Part shown: positions 37,801-52,215 of the stretch, piece after piece
How the letters are laid out: every line of letters begins with the position of its first letter
How positions within the stretch are numbered: the first letter of the stretch is position 1
NCBI GenBank assembly: GCA_965655095.1
Contig: OZ296653.1
Span: 70,432,001-70,496,000 of the forward strand
Reading direction: 5' to 3'
Length of the DNA: 64,000 bases
Origin: Haplodiscus bocki
Taxonomy: Eukaryota
Notes under the pieces: model-generated
Databases searched by the model: none
Told to the model about the DNA's origin: nothing
Seen by the model: the letters and a program-made list of their open reading frames with translations, nothing else
Position numbers and translations under genes: made by a program

Positions 37801-38594
37801 GTGTACTTGAACAAGATGATTTTTTTTCAAGTCTTCTTCTTTCATCCTTTCTAGGAAAGCTTGAAAACCTTAAACTGCCAAAAGTTAGGCATTTTTTCGA
37901 TGTTTTTCTGTATTTAAAAAAAACAATGTTTTCCAGAGCTACCGCCTCTATTTCTTCATTTCTTTCTTTTCTTTTCTTTTCTGCAAGAAAAGACGAGTTT
38001 CATTTCTTGAATAGTTTTGGAATGAGAAAACTGAATTTCCATTGCTCTCAGCGGAAAAATGGTTAGTTGAAAAATCCAAAACTCGCATATGCATGTAGTT
38101 ATTGTTGAGATTCCAATTGGTAACCCCAAAATTACCAACTGAACTTCCTCCACCACGCTCTCAGTGGATAATTTTGATTTTGTGTAAAGCTCCTCAATAA
38201 ATAAGCCTTCGTTATCTTTTAGGCTGCGATTGGCAGAAACTTGATTCTTAGTGGCTTTTCTTTTATATTCAAAGTCATTCTCTCGAAAAGTACTGGCTCG
38301 TTTTCCACTGTCAAGTTCTCACACTTTAGTTTCAAACTTTGAAAACTCAAACTTTCAATCAACTCTGAAAAGCTGATTCAGAGAATTACCTCGGGTTTAG
38401 TACTCTGCTTCGGAGGCCTGGTTGGTCGATAATGCCAAAAAACTGTTGAAACCAATGTTGGAAATTATGTTTAAGGAAAACCGTTGAAAACTAGACTCAA
38501 AACAGTAATCTCGTTTTCTAACAAAATCCGTTTCAAAAGCAAACATATCATAATATGGCAAAAAATATGCCATTGCTATCCGGCTGTCCTGTTT
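34865..38594 (-). mobile_element. Long diverged HINE-like copy carrying ~2.6 kb of decayed coding-like cargo
   Basis: Terminus GGCAAAAAATATGCCATTGCTATCCGGCTGTCCTGTT at ~38557-38594; degenerate array at 35180-35680; interior homologous to 61380-62450. Confidence 0.55.
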
Positions 38595-38765
38595 AGCTTA
38601 AGAAAGCAATTTTTTCATGAGTTTTGACCTGCCTTTTGTAAATAACCCAAATTCAATCAAATGCATAAATACACTTTTTCCAAAACACTTTTTCCAATCG
38701 AGGCCGTGATATTAAGAGAATTATGATAATTTAAAAGCTCCTAAAGCATTTCTAGATTTCTACAA

Positions 38766-39927
38766 CCCAATCGAGAACACACTGATGACATTGATAAATC
38801 ATTCATGTCGTCAGTAGCATCAATAATGCATCAATTCTACATCGAACATCGTAAATTCTGATGACTTTTTGATGTTGCATCAATGTTTCATCCATGAATT
38901 CAATAGTTTTCCGCAATGAAGTCAGCGATGTTCCATCTAGTGAACGTCAATGATTCATGTATGAAAAAACAATGAATCATCACTGAAACTATGATGAATC
39001 ATCGATGAGGAAATAGCTACGTTTACGTGTTACTTCTTCGAATTGCATTATTTTTGAAGTTTTTCCAGCTTCAAAGCGTTTATCAAGATTTGTCAATCCT
39101 GGAAATACTCCGCGGAAAGTGTAAATGTGTTGTTTTGTTTGAAGAGCGCCAATCTGTCATTATTAGTGTGTTAGAAGAAAAATTCTCACCACAACTGATT
39201 TTCGTCTACTTTCATGAAAAAATTGTAAAAGATTTAAGAGATGGGTAGTATAATATTTAAATGACAAGTGCCGTTTAGATTTTCCATTTCAATTGTTTTA
39301 AGGTAGTCTTGTTTCATAGCATACGTTCAAAACCGATTTGATTATTTTATTCCAATCCTTGATATTTCTTCCGCAGACTACTTAGTTCGGCATTAGTACG
39401 CATTTCTTTATCGGCAATTCAAAAGAAAAAGACTGTAATGGTCGTTGAGCTTTTTCCGCTGCAAGTATGCTCCTTTGACTTAAATTTTTTCAAGCTCTGA
39501 TGCACAGCTTGTTTACCTGATCCTGCAGTTAATTTTGGTCATCAACATTCTTGTATATGGTAAAGTTCTGCTAAAATTGAGATTTAAACCATCAATGATG
39601 CATTAATAACAAAACAAGCATCAATGTTTTGAAATTTTGTCCTGTTCAAAAAATATTGATCTTCAATGTTTCTTCAATGTTACTTTGATAAATCTTCAAG
39701 GAATCGTAAACGAATCCTCAGTGGAACATCAATGAAACATCGACGTTTCACAGATTAGCACATTAAAAACATTGATTATTAATATTTGCATCGAAATCAT
39801 CAATGTTTCATCAATGTTTCATCAATATTGCATCGATGTTGCGTTATTGTCTCTTTAATGAACAGGCTTGTTTTTTCGATGGCGACATCATTGATTCAAC
39901 AATCTTATCAATGTGTTCTCGACTGGG
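38766..39927. mobile_element. CCC...GGG MITE with CATCAATG-type subterminal repeats
   Basis: TIR CCCAATCGAGAACACACTGAT / ATCAATGTGTTCTCGACTGGG. Confidence 0.65.
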
Positions 39928-40567
39928 GCACAGAAGAAGCTAGTTCACAAATAACTTACGTTGAACGACCATTGCTAGGCCAATTGGTTGTAAATACCGT
40001 ACCAAAGTTTGCTCTATAGAGAAATAGGTTTCATAAAGGACTGTCGACGGGTGAAAAGCAGGTTTGCTTATCTGGAGCCGCGTTGAGGTATCAAGAAAAA
40101 CCCATGTCTCCTTTTATCCAATTGTTTTTTGCCAAATCTCACCACTTTTATGTTTATCAAATTGATCTATGATTAAATGGAATGTTTCTTTTATCTGCCA
40201 GCGGTTCAGTTACAGTTGTGGCAAAATTGTTTAACTGAAATGAGTCAATTTCTGCATTCATTGTGAAATAGGCCATAATTGATGCGAGTTGATTTGACCA
40301 ATTTTCTGTCTGTAACTGCATGCTAAATAACTATCACTAGTTTGTTCCGCGTTCTCCAATTTTTGACTCCATTTCACAATTTCTTGTTTTCGTTATGCAA
40401 AAAACTCTATTTGAGGTCATGAAAATAAAACTGTGAATCACGCGAAGTTACACCATTGTGAAAAATTAGTCATGACTAAAAACATCCATTTTAAACGGAA
40501 TAACAACCATGGTCAAACATGACAATCATGCTATGTCATAACATGTCTGAACATGGTGTTTCATACT

Positions 40568-42242
40568 TGTGGGAGGTCTCGTCCGGGTCTCAGTCAGTTA
40601 GATTGCTAGCACGACAGGCAGAGAAATCCACTTCAGGATGGGGATCATTCGGGGAACGATCCCCGCTTGGTTCCTGTTTTTCTACGTCAGTGTTCCGGAA
40701 TGTTCCTGGAACGGTTCCGGAGAATGTCTGTACTTGTGAGTTCAAGAGAAATTCGTCTAAATTGGAAAGAGCAGCCAAGATGCGAGACTCTGTCCTGCTG
40801 AATTCCTGGGATAGTTTCTTAGTAACCCTTCCCTCAATCTCTTCGAAAATTTTTGCTATATAATCCTCGGTGATTCCAGGGGCAGCTGAGTTTTGCGACT
40901 GGTTGTTCCTAGGATACTCATGTGTTTCTCTTGCCATAGCTGCTAAAGTCCGCTTATTTCTTGACGTTGCCATAATCTTGGAAGAGGGAAAAATTCTCAA
41001 CCGTTGTGAAGACTGAAAGATTTTTGTTTCTCAAATTAAAAATAACACAGCTGAAAATGTTGTTTTTCAACAAAAGCAGGTTTCCAATCAACAACAGTTA
41101 ATCGAAATGAAAAGTACTTGAAACTAGTTATACAGTACAGTGCAATATTTCGTAACATTAATAGTACTCTCACTTCTCCTATTTATACCTTTTGCTTCAC
41201 GGGAAACATAGTTGTTTACACGCCAACTCAAGGTAGAAATAGGGAAAAGTACTTTAATCATATCAACCACAAAGACACAATATGCCGACTCTGGCGGGAA
41301 ATAAACACATTTCCATCCATTTCTTCCCTCACAGGTTGCGTCTTTTCCATCTTTCGGCGCAAAAAGTACGAGCCTAATCCGTCAGAAAGGGACATCAAAG
41401 TGCTGATTCCCGCGCCGACATACTAAATAGTAATATAAACAAAAGATCAAACATTTTTCCATAATAGGAAAATAAAAATAATGAAAATTTGTCTGATTAC
41501 ATAGAATAGTACAAAGATTCGTGTTTCATGCTCAAAATAAATATTTCATCATCCTTTCGGACCATTTTGGACCGGTACGAGGTTTTCTAATAGTCCTTAC
41601 TGTTCTGTTCCTCGTTTCTACATGGCCGTATTCATTTGTAGCACTGCTTGCAGCAGTGCGGCCATAGGAGTGAAAATCAGTAAAAACGGAATAGTTCCGT
41701 ATTTGGCTAGAAACGGCACAGCATAGTAGCACATATTGAAAAGAAATTGGAGTGACGTCACCAGACTGGTAGCGACGGAACACGTACGGAACAAATGTTA
41801 ATTTTGAAACAAGCTCAATATACTGCAGTTGTAATCAATCTAGTCAAACTTATTGACCTTGTCAATTTCGCCTTAAATCACTGCACTGGATTTTTAAAAA
41901 GGTGGATCTGTATGACCAGTACACAAATAATTAATAAAAATAACACCTCCAAAGGAGAATATAAAAGGGACATAGACTCGGGTGAATATTCGTTCTGTTC
42001 CGTAGTAGTTCCGTCACAATCTGGATCAGTACACTGGGATGCTACGTAGATGATACGTTTCGATTACATGTAAAATGACGTAATACGTAACTGCTCCGTA
42101 TCAGATAAATTAAATTTGTTTAATTTGTAAGTGAAATATACAATTTACAGTTTGTAAAGTCTATTTCAGTCTGTTGAGGGTACAGAAATATTCTTTCCTG
42201 TAAGGAGAGTTTGTCCGCAGGCTTCGCAGACGTGCTGCGACA
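40568..42242 (-). mobile_element. Solo LTR (1675 bp) containing a Gag-like N-terminal ORF (ATG ~40973)
   Basis: TGTCGCAGCAC...CCCACA termini; TSD ATACT/ATAGT; ORF MATSRNKR...EIEGRVTKKLSQEFSRTESRIL. Confidence 0.85.
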
Positions 42243-45200
42243 ATAGTAACCGCCAAAGCCTCATGGCTAGACAATGACCTGTTTGTCATGGCCTGACCAA
42301 ACCATGATCACCAAGGAAGATTCCATGATCTGCCATGTTAACCATGGTCAACATTATCTTGTAGTCAAGACGCTAGATATCCAAATAACTTCGTCAATTA
42401 GAAACCAAGTGGTTATCTGTTACGTTTCAAAGTGGAACATGTTGAAGGAAACAGTCAGAAACAACTCAAAAATCCAAAAACATTCAATATTCAGTATCCA
42501 GCTAGTGGTCCAAAATATCAACTGTGAAAATTTCAGAAGAACACATTAAAAACTACCCTTTAGACGTTTACTAAAATAGAACTCTTTCTCAACAACTCGA
42601 AATAACCAAAATAACGAGGAGCTGGAAAGATGAAATCATTGAAAGTTTTATTAAATAAAAAGTCACTCTATGGTTATCATACAAAAAACTCTAAGTCTTT
42701 CCGGTTTAATCGCCTTTCAATTTTAAAAAATCGGCAGTTCGAGGGCGAACTTCTTCTAAGTCACAAAGTTGCGCTGGCATACAGAAAACAGAAATCAAGC
42801 AACAACTTATATCAAGCTACAACTGATAACAAAAACCAACACCGAAAAAAAAACAAATACAAAACAGCGGAAGAAGAAATTACAAATGGAAACAAAACAA
42901 ATTCAAAGCCGAAAACAATGGAAAAGCCCTAAAGTGCGGTAAAATTTTGAGTGCTTTGAAGAATAAAAAAAGTTTTGTAAATTATAGGCGTTTTAGCAAA
43001 TCAAGTATCTATTTGTTTTTTCACCCCTTGATTCGTTTGAAGTGTAGCTCCAGTCTGCTTTTGATAACGGTGCAAAATTACAGAAAATTTCTTCATGCGG
43101 GGTGCGCAAATCCCATTCCGTTTAGGAAACGCGCGCGGTCCACAAAATTCCTTTTTTTGTCCTTCGCAGATAGTAGCATCATTTTGGTTCCAAAACGCAT
43201 TATCACAAGTTTGGTTTGCACACTTTTTGCAGGGCCAGGCGAGGGTTCCCAGACATTCAGCGCAGTCGAAGCCCTCTTGAAAGTTTGCTTTTTTGTTCAT
43301 CAACAGAATATAAGCTGTGAAAAAATGGACGACCGGTGACTTTGAAATGAAGGTGTAAATTTGATGAAATAGCCGGGGGGAGTTTTATATCTTCTATCAG
43401 CGTGTCAATCTGAACAGTGTTCAAATTGATCCAAAACCCTGTAGGATATGAATTTTGCTTTGGCAAAAGGGGCGCAAATTTCCACAGTTTCTTTGTTTTT
43501 CTACGCAACACACTAATGGTTTATTCGATGAAAGTACATCGGCTCACTTAGAACTACTGAAAGATGTGGCCCCTGGTATGATAACACGCGGGTGTTCTGA
43601 ACCAAAATATTTTCTCTCTCATCTTCTTCTGGTCTAAAAGTCACGTTAGAGGCAAGTAAGTCTTTGAAAACCTCTTTAAAATAGAAATTTTGCTGAAAAC
43701 ATACACCTAATTGAAAAAACTTTTCAAGAAAGCGTCACACGCGCCACGCTTGATAAAAATTTGAACAGTTTTTCATTCACCAAATTAATTCGAAAAACAT
43801 ACGGAAACGATAATTCTTTCTCGTTGAGCAGAGCACAAGGACACGTCAAAACGGTTTCGTTTTTTCCCTGTCCCTGGCATCCTTCAGCGATTCGTCTTTT
43901 TAAAGCATATTTTTTCGGCACCTATTGGTCGGATTTATCGGACTTTTGTACGAATACTACGGCAAGGTCACGATCTATCATATTCCAAATTGTTGGCCGC
44001 CATTTTTTTCCGCGAGTTATGAGCGAACAGATTTTCAATTGTAGGATTTTTTAGAGGGCAAAGGCTATGTTTTGAGTCCTGACTTAAAAGTAATTTTGCA
44101 ATTGCTATTGTTTTTGCACTAGTTGATGCAACACCGTTCAGTTAAGGGGTGTGTTGCAATAGTTTTTTCCCGAAAACTTTTTTCGGCCAGTTCTCGCCCG
44201 AAAAGAGCGGAAACTTTTCAATTTTTCTAAAACAGTTGACATTCCCATTGCTCACTGCGTTTCTTAACTTTGACTCTCATTTTCTACGAATGCACTTCTA
44301 AGATCTATTGGGTTGTTCCTTACAAGCATTGGCAAGGTTGTAATTGAACGTGGTCGAAATTTCCGGTGCACGAAAGGTTTTCGCCGGCGAGTTTTTGGCG
44401 AAAACAATGGAAAACACAGGTTTATTCAGTGGTCAAGTGTTAGTTCGTTGCACCTTTCTGGCCTAATACCCCATGTATGGCATCCCGATTCTGGTTAGGC
44501 GACGAAATTCGAAACGTTAGTTCCATTCAGTTCGTAGGCGAAAGTTTCCCGATGTTCCACAAGATTCTGGACGAAAAAGTTCTGGAGAAATGGTTTTCGA
44601 ATAAACTTCGGAAAAACGCGGCTTTTTGGTAAAATTTTCTATTTTCTGATTCATTTTTCTTTTTTTAACGCCTTAGTTGTCAACTTTTGCAAACTTGGTT
44701 CTCTGAGACAGCATTTGCCAAAGAGCGTCTAGCTATTGTTGACTTTTGAGTTGTCAAATTTCTCTTTTTCAGCTAATATTTGATTGAAATTAGGACAGTT
44801 ACTTTGAACCTCCTGTTATTTCTAATGGTTGTTCTCTGCATAATCTCTCCGGATTTTGCTACATGCTTGGCATAAGCATGTGGTCAGCGATGTAATCAAG
44901 AGGTTGAGTACCTTCGCGAGCTTTGCGCTAAGCACCTCAGCGGCTATCTATCTTTATTTTTTGAAACTACACCAAGTGATTGACTTGATTCATCAAGGAC
45001 AACAACTTCTTTTATTATTATTATTGCGAAAGACTTCTCTTCTTTCAGGTCGAAACGCCATGAAGTCATCCTATTCTTCCTTGTTCCATGAAACTCTGGT
45101 TCCTTCGATCTACATTTGAAATTTTCAAAAAACCTTACCATAAAGAATTATTGGAATCAAACGCTTAACTAGAAATAATTGTTAGCAATGTTTACTCTCA

Positions 45201-48200
45201 GTTGTGTTTACGCGAAGCTTTTTTTTAGCAAGTCTAAATTTAATCATTCCCTCAACCATCAATTGAGATAATTCATCTTCAATTGTGATCAATTCAGCTC
45301 AGTTCCGAAAGTTATTGACCTAATTTGTCATCAGCCACCGCATGATATCATTTGACTCTTGATTTCAGCTGTAACGTGTGGAAAGTTACTTCCGTTACCA
45401 CTTTGCAAGATTTATCGCTTGACAGTACTTCTCGTTTTCAGAAGTTTACCACGTATATGTATTGGGCAGCAAGTATTTTAAAATAAATTAGCAAAAATCC
45501 AGCAAAAATGAGGAAAACATAGTATCATACAAGGATCATAGCCTAAATGATGGCAAACATGGTGATCATACTAAGATGATGATTCGAACCATGGTGACCA
45601 AGCCTAGAAATATTGCGACCTTGCCATCTTCCAGGCAAGATCATGGCCCTGTTTTTCCCTTATGTATGATCATGGCATCGTGGTCATGTTTTCCTGCCGT
45701 GCTATCACGGCCTGCTCGAATGTTGAACGAACAGTTAGGGAAAATCAGGAAACGTGCCAGTTGTTAAATTTGAAAAACCAGTGATCAAGTGTTTGAGTTA
45801 ATTGCAGAAAGAAGCAGGAAAAAAATTGGGATCACCACTACTTGTCAATCTTCAGTTCAAACCTGCATGAGCCAAAGATAGCACACTGTGATACCTGAAC
45901 TGTAAAAGAACATGTAAGTAAGGACAGTTTCATTAACCAGCCGTGCAGCGATATCTTTTGTCGATAAAATCTGAGAAACAAATTAAGAAAAACGTCTTGA
46001 AGTTTTAAAAAAAACATCTGAACTTTTTCTATATGCTAACTTCCAAACAAGTTGAAAGCTGTTAATCCAGCTTTGATAGCAGAAACTGAGCCCATAGATA
46101 TGCATAGAAGCGACATTGAAATCAAAAAAAGAAGCAGCAAACTGTTTCTGATATAACTTTGGCACCATGAAAATTGAGGGAACAGGATTTGATGGACAAA
46201 ATCGAGTTCATAGAGTTGGAGAAAACTGAGTTTGGAAATCCAGGAAAATCGAAGCTAATAGTTTTTTTTGAGATTCTCTGTCTGAGATTACCTAAGCCAT
46301 GAGCAAACTCTTAGATCTCATTGCGGAAACCTTTTTGGAAATTTGAAACTCATCGGTTAAGATATTGATAGAAGCGATCAAGCCGTCTTCTGGCTAAAGT
46401 TAAGTTTCAACTTCGAAAGCAGACACCACTGTGATGAATGCTTTTCTACAAGTAAAATATTTCTCAGTAAGGACCACGAAGAAGCAAAAGAGCCAAAAAC
46501 TTTAAAAAGAGTCTGAATTTTGAAAAAAAAGTAAATGAAATTTTATGGCATTTTTAGATTATGAAACTTCCAAAGCAATAGCAGAACCCCATGTTCAGAC
46601 GTATACGTTGAATTCATTTTCACAAGTAAAAACGGTTGAATGGCACTTTCGGGGAAGAAAAAAGCTGAGTAGTTTTCAGGAAAAATGAGATCGACATTTG
46701 TGAAGAGTGAAGACTAGTGGCACTTTTTGGAACCTTTGGTCATCAAAGATTGCAATGTAAGGAACAAAATGCAAGGAACTGAAAAGTCTCCGGAAAATTA
46801 TGATCCGACTAAACTGACTCTGTTCCTTTTTGAATGCAGAAGAAACACTTTGTGAAGTTCTCTAGAAGTGTTTAAAAGTATTTTCGCCGACAATATTTAG
46901 TTGACTTATCGTATTCATAACGTTCGTTTCAAATAGGAAGTATTAGAAAAAACTCGACTTTTTCGGATTTTATTGTACATTTGGGAACTCAAATTACACT
47001 TTTCAAATTGAGCTAAAAGTTTCATTCTGAAATATTTTTGTTGAATATTTATCCCGAAATATAAGACTCCATAGCGTTTTCAAACTTTAAACATTTAGTT
47101 CAAATTGATCAAAAAACACACTGCGCTGGAAAAAATTTGACCGCTGGAATCTGGAAAATATTCGAATCACAGCCTTCCAAGTGGCAGAAGTGTAAGGATT
47201 TACTGTTTTTGTCGATAAGTACTAGACTAGAGCATATGCAACGATGAAATTGAAAGTTCGAAAGATTTTATTCTTGAGATAGCATCCCTGAAATGGCAAA
47301 CGGCCGGGTTAAAAAATTGTACTGAATTCATGATTCTGTTTTCGTGACAAATTAAACAAAAACTCCAAACAACTACCCCAAAGGGCAATGAAAATGATAT
47401 CAATTGAAAAACGAGAGTAAGAAAAGGCAAAATAAGAACCACATAATTTTCCATTTCAATATTTACAAAGATTTATTCAAGTAGCTTCACAACTATGTCC
47501 TCTTTTCTCATCATTTCCGAGTAACTAAGGTAACAAAAAGCGCAACAGTGCCCCGATATTTTATGTTGACAAGTTTAAAAAAGATTGACGATGAGAAAAA
47601 CTACAAAATTCTGGCAAAAATGTGCATGTTACCTAAAAGCGACTTTATAAAAGACTTCTGGGTTTATCTGCTTAACCGTGTTCTGATGCAAGCAACAAAG
47701 CCGAAAAAAACTTTACTGAAAGATTTTTTACTGAAAAAAACTTTCAAAGGATGCTTTGATGCGAAGTTTTGATGCAGGAAACCAGCGAAAAGTTCTGGAA
47801 AGAAAAGTGTTTGATTCTGGAGGAACAACCTGTTGAATTTTGCAAAATTCACTTTTAGTTAATCATCAGAGTTCCGAGGGAAAGAATGTTTGTGTGCTCA
47901 ATAATTTTAAAATAGTAGAACACAGTCAATTGAGACCTTAATAGAGAAAATCTAGTTGAATTTCTCGCCGCAATTTCCTATGAAAATCGAGAACAACTGA
48001 GAAATAAGGACACGATTTGGGCTCTGTGCCCTATACAAATCCCGAATCGTTTTATAGAAGTTGATATCAAATTCTCGAATAGCCTTTAACAAGTAGAAAA
48101 CTGTGAATTGATGCTATGGTGGAAGACATCAAGCCAATAGACTTAGAAAAAAATCTGCAATTGAAAATCAAGAATTGTCATTAGTTATCGCGCTTTTGGC

Positions 48201-49605
48201 AGTATTGGCCTGTCATGGTTCCATGGCCATAAAAGAGTATAATTTGTGTCTGAGAGGACTTCAGGCCAACTAGCCGATGTTGGTTTAGAGTTTCATGCGG
48301 AAAATTCAGTTCAAAGTTATCGAGAATGTTGGGTTCCAACATACTGGAAGATCTCCAAAAAAGGCACTTTTTGATAGTCTCAGCCTTCGAAAAAGAAAAG
48401 CAAAAATTTTTCTGACCAGTTTTTTGTCTTATGATGTTGTCAATTGAAGCTTTCATGGGAAATTGAGTATTTAGATGTTGATAAGAATGAGTTGTTTGAA
48501 TAATGGTATTTCTTGACAATTCCCCTCTGAGGTTCTTAAGGCCTTGAAGAAAATTCCTGATTGAATCTTGTTTGAATGTTTGAGAACTGTTGGTTAAGAC
48601 ATTGTTAGTTTAACTTCAGTCAGTTGATTTGAGGAAAGTTGTGTTTCAAAAGGGAGAAAAGTTATTGCTGCTGAATTTTTCGGGCTTGTTCGGCCTCGCA
48701 GTATTGCAGTCGAAAAAATCAAGACTATCTTTTTTGCATTGAACGCTCTTCTACACGCATACAATTCTCCATTGATGCCTTGAAGCAAACTAGAAGTGGT
48801 CAATTTAGTAGAAAGCGAACTTCAAAATCGACAAAACGCAAATCTAATGGCATATTACAATTTGTCTTTTCCAAATATGTACCAGTTTTTAAAGTTTTTA
48901 CAACTTATGAGGGTTTGAAACAGATATTTGTAAAAACTGAAAGATTGGTATGAGGATGTATATTCCGAAAACTATGAATCAAGACATGTGATGATACATA
49001 GTATTGTAACACTGATAAATGATTGTGGTCAAATATGTGTCGACAATTGTCCTTTTCCAACTCTCTCTACATCCTGGTTTATACTGGAATATAGAAAAGA
49101 TTTAAAAGGAATAATTGTATATGCCTACTCGGGTTGACCTAACATGAAAGTCATACATTGTTAATATAATGGACCATACACCTCCATACGAAAAAAAAAC
49201 AGTTAAAACCTTCATGAAAATCATTTTAAGACTCTTCCATAAATCATGAAGATCATTTTTGCAAGCAATTTTTGTAATTTTTTTTATTTTTAGCAATTTG
49301 ATTGAAGTAGAGGTCTTGAAAGTTTCCAGACTTACCAATAAGATCTGCTGTCAAAAACTATGCTTTGTTTCTCAGGTAAACGGCTGGATAGCGTGTCTTT
49401 ATTTCTCCCAGTAAAAATGACTGAAGATCATATATTTTGTAAACGGGATTTCAGAAGTTCTGCTATCTACTTCTATTTAATAAAAAAAGAACTTCAATCG
49501 CTTTGATTCCAATCCTTAGTCTGATTAATGCCAAAACTTCTGAGCTTCACAATTTAATTTAAGTTTTTCCATAAGATGTCGAGTCAACTTTTTGTTCATT
49601 AGAAT

Positions 49606-52215
49606 CCTGGGATGAGATCTCAGAATAATTCAGCGCCGATTTCAGTCACCTCTGATTCAAAAATTATCAGTTCTGGCAAGCGCTGTTTCAGTTCTGGCAA
49701 GTGCTGTGCAATACCTGAAAATCTGTGAACAGAGCTGATTCAGCTCTGATCAGCGCTGAAAAATGTATTTTTCAGAACACAAAAATTAGCGCTGAACAGC
49801 GCTGTTTGAGAGCTGATTTCCTCTGAAACAGCAATTTTCAGCTCCAAATTTTTCGTGGATTCAAGATAACAATTTTCTTCGAAATATTTCGAAATACTTC
49901 AATTCCGAGGGCCAAAATTCTGAATTTCAGCCCATATTGTTGAAAAGGGGAACGAAAGAAAAGTATTTGTAGCAGCACACCTGCTAGGCATGCGGCCAGC
50001 CCCATCCAGCAAGAAAGACACCCTAATGCTCAGGAAGAACTCAAACACTAACACTATTAATCAAACTCTTAACTATGTACTCTTATACTATTTTTAAGCA
50101 TTGTGCATATAAATGGATACGTATCTAATACGTATCGATAACAAACCTGCATATATATTGATACGTATTTATACGGAACCAAACTGATCCGGACTACGGT
50201 GGAACCGTTACGGAAAAAACAAGTATTCATAGAGTAATATTAACCTAATAGGTGCAATTTTTATATCATTATATATTTTTAATTATTAAATATATATCCA
50301 CCTTTCGCAATAGAATCTGATGGTTTCATTGATTGCATCAAGTGTAATTTAATTAGAACTTGTGACTAAATCGATGCTATAAGCACATTAACTGATTTTA
50401 AGTGTATTATTGACTAAAGAAGTGAAAATTTGTTCCGTACGTGTTCCGCCGCTACTAGTCAGGTGACGTCACCCATACTACCCTTACAATGCCGTGCTGC
50501 AGTGCTGTGGAGAATACAGAGTGATTCCGGATTCACTCCTCATTTGAGTACAGACTACTACCCCTACTAGTGAAAACGGAAATATCCAGAAACCACTAAT
50601 CGCTATTCCTATGAAATAGGAGTAAAGTAGTAGTGCTACTAGTTTCTCCTCCTTTCTAAAGAGTAAAGACTGATGAATTGTTACAAGTAACGATGAAGTG
50701 AGCACGAAGGTGATAATTATTCATATTCTCCACAATTTTTTCTTGTAAAATGGTATCACTTTCATACTTAGAGTCATGCGTTTTATTTTTTTTTTTTATT
50801 TTCCTGACTAGAAGAAATATGTAATCTTTTCCCATTTATGGAAGGCACTTTTTCAAAATGTAAACAAAATGTCGACGCAGGAATAAACACTTTGATGTCC
50901 ATCTCTGATGGATTAGCTCCGTCCAATTTCTCTCGGAAGTTGGAAAAAGCGCGTCCTATGACGGAAGAGATGGATGTAAAAGCCGTTTTTTCCACCAGAG
51001 CCGGCTTTTTGACTTTGATTTTGTGATTTATAAAGTAGTTTTCCCCATTTGTACCTTGACTTGGCATGTAAACAAATATGTTTCCCGCCTAGCAAAAGGT
51101 ATAAACAAGAGAAATGAAAGTACAGTAGGACAGAATTTTTTTTATAACTCTGTAGTATTGATGATATTAACCATTATTGTTACTTCCACTATTAAAAGAC
51201 TGTAAAACACCAATTTGATTCTCTCTTCACTAAAGACAATCAATTATCATTCACCGACAACCACTTTTCCCGTACGGAATAGCAACTCCTAGGAACAAAT
51301 GGAAATTGGCAGCGTTAAACAAGGAAAATTGTGAGGAACATCCTAGGAGCAATTTGGCGCGAAACTCGAATGTTCCCAGGTCACAAGAAGGCTACATAAC
51401 ACAAGTTTCTGAGGAAAATGAGGAAAGAATCACAAAGAAGTTGTCTCAGGAGTTCGGTAGGACGGAAAACCGCATATTAGGCGAGTTGTCACGTCTTGAC
51501 GACTTTTTCATGAACCCGCTAAATCAGGCCACTCCGGAACCGTTCCGGAGACGTCCCGGAACACGAATAGCTCAAACCAAGGAACGAATGAGGACGACTC
51601 CAAGAGTGATCCTCATCCTGAAGCAGGCATCTTCCACAACCAGATAACGCGAAACTTTGGCCCAGAAGTTGGCCACGACAGTATTTGTTCTGCTTTCTTA
51701 CTACGGTCCAAAGATAATACATAAACTCAATTTTTTGGGTTTTTGAGTCTACTCAAGTGAAAAAACTGATATGGTTCAAGTTTTCAAAAGCATTTTCTCG
51801 TTTAGTGGAATAAAATTTAAAGATTTTTGCAGAAATTTTGAGTTTCTGCTGTAATTCAACAAAAAATTGTAAAAATTCAAATTTTTCAGTAACTTGGAAT
51901 GCCATTTCGTTAAACATTTTGTGCGTTTTCATCACTTTGTGACTATGTTATGACAATTTGATATTCTTATTCCGGTGTGTTAATATCAGAGCTGATTGAG
52001 AACAAATCAGCACTTAATCAGCACTGAAAACCCAATGAGTCATAGCTGAAAAAACCAGCGCTGAAACTTTCTATTCTGAACACCCTGCTTCAAAGAAAAT
52101 CAGAGCTGATCAGCTCTGAAACAGCGCTGAAGAACTACAAGTTTCTCAAACAGCGCTGTTCAGCACTGATTCAGAAAAAAATCAGCGCTGATTATCTCAA
52201 GGATTTCAACCCGGG
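49606..52215. mobile_element. MITE with CAGCGCTGA repeats, split by a solo LTR
   Basis: CCTGGGATGAGATC / GATTTCAACCCGGG termini; AT on both flanks; repeats at 49630-49840 and 51985-52190. Confidence 0.6.
49968..51680 (+). mobile_element. Solo LTR (1713 bp) containing a Gag-like N-terminal ORF
   Basis: TGTAGCAGCAC...CACGACA termini; perfect TSD GTATT (49963-49967 and 51681-51685); ORF LAALNKENCEEHPR...ITKKLSQEFGRTENRIL. Confidence 0.9.

Noticed and set aside
45700-48850. Degenerate coding-like stretches (also ~24400-25500 and ~59000-60050)
   Set aside because: No recognisable motif or boundary; cannot support a call.
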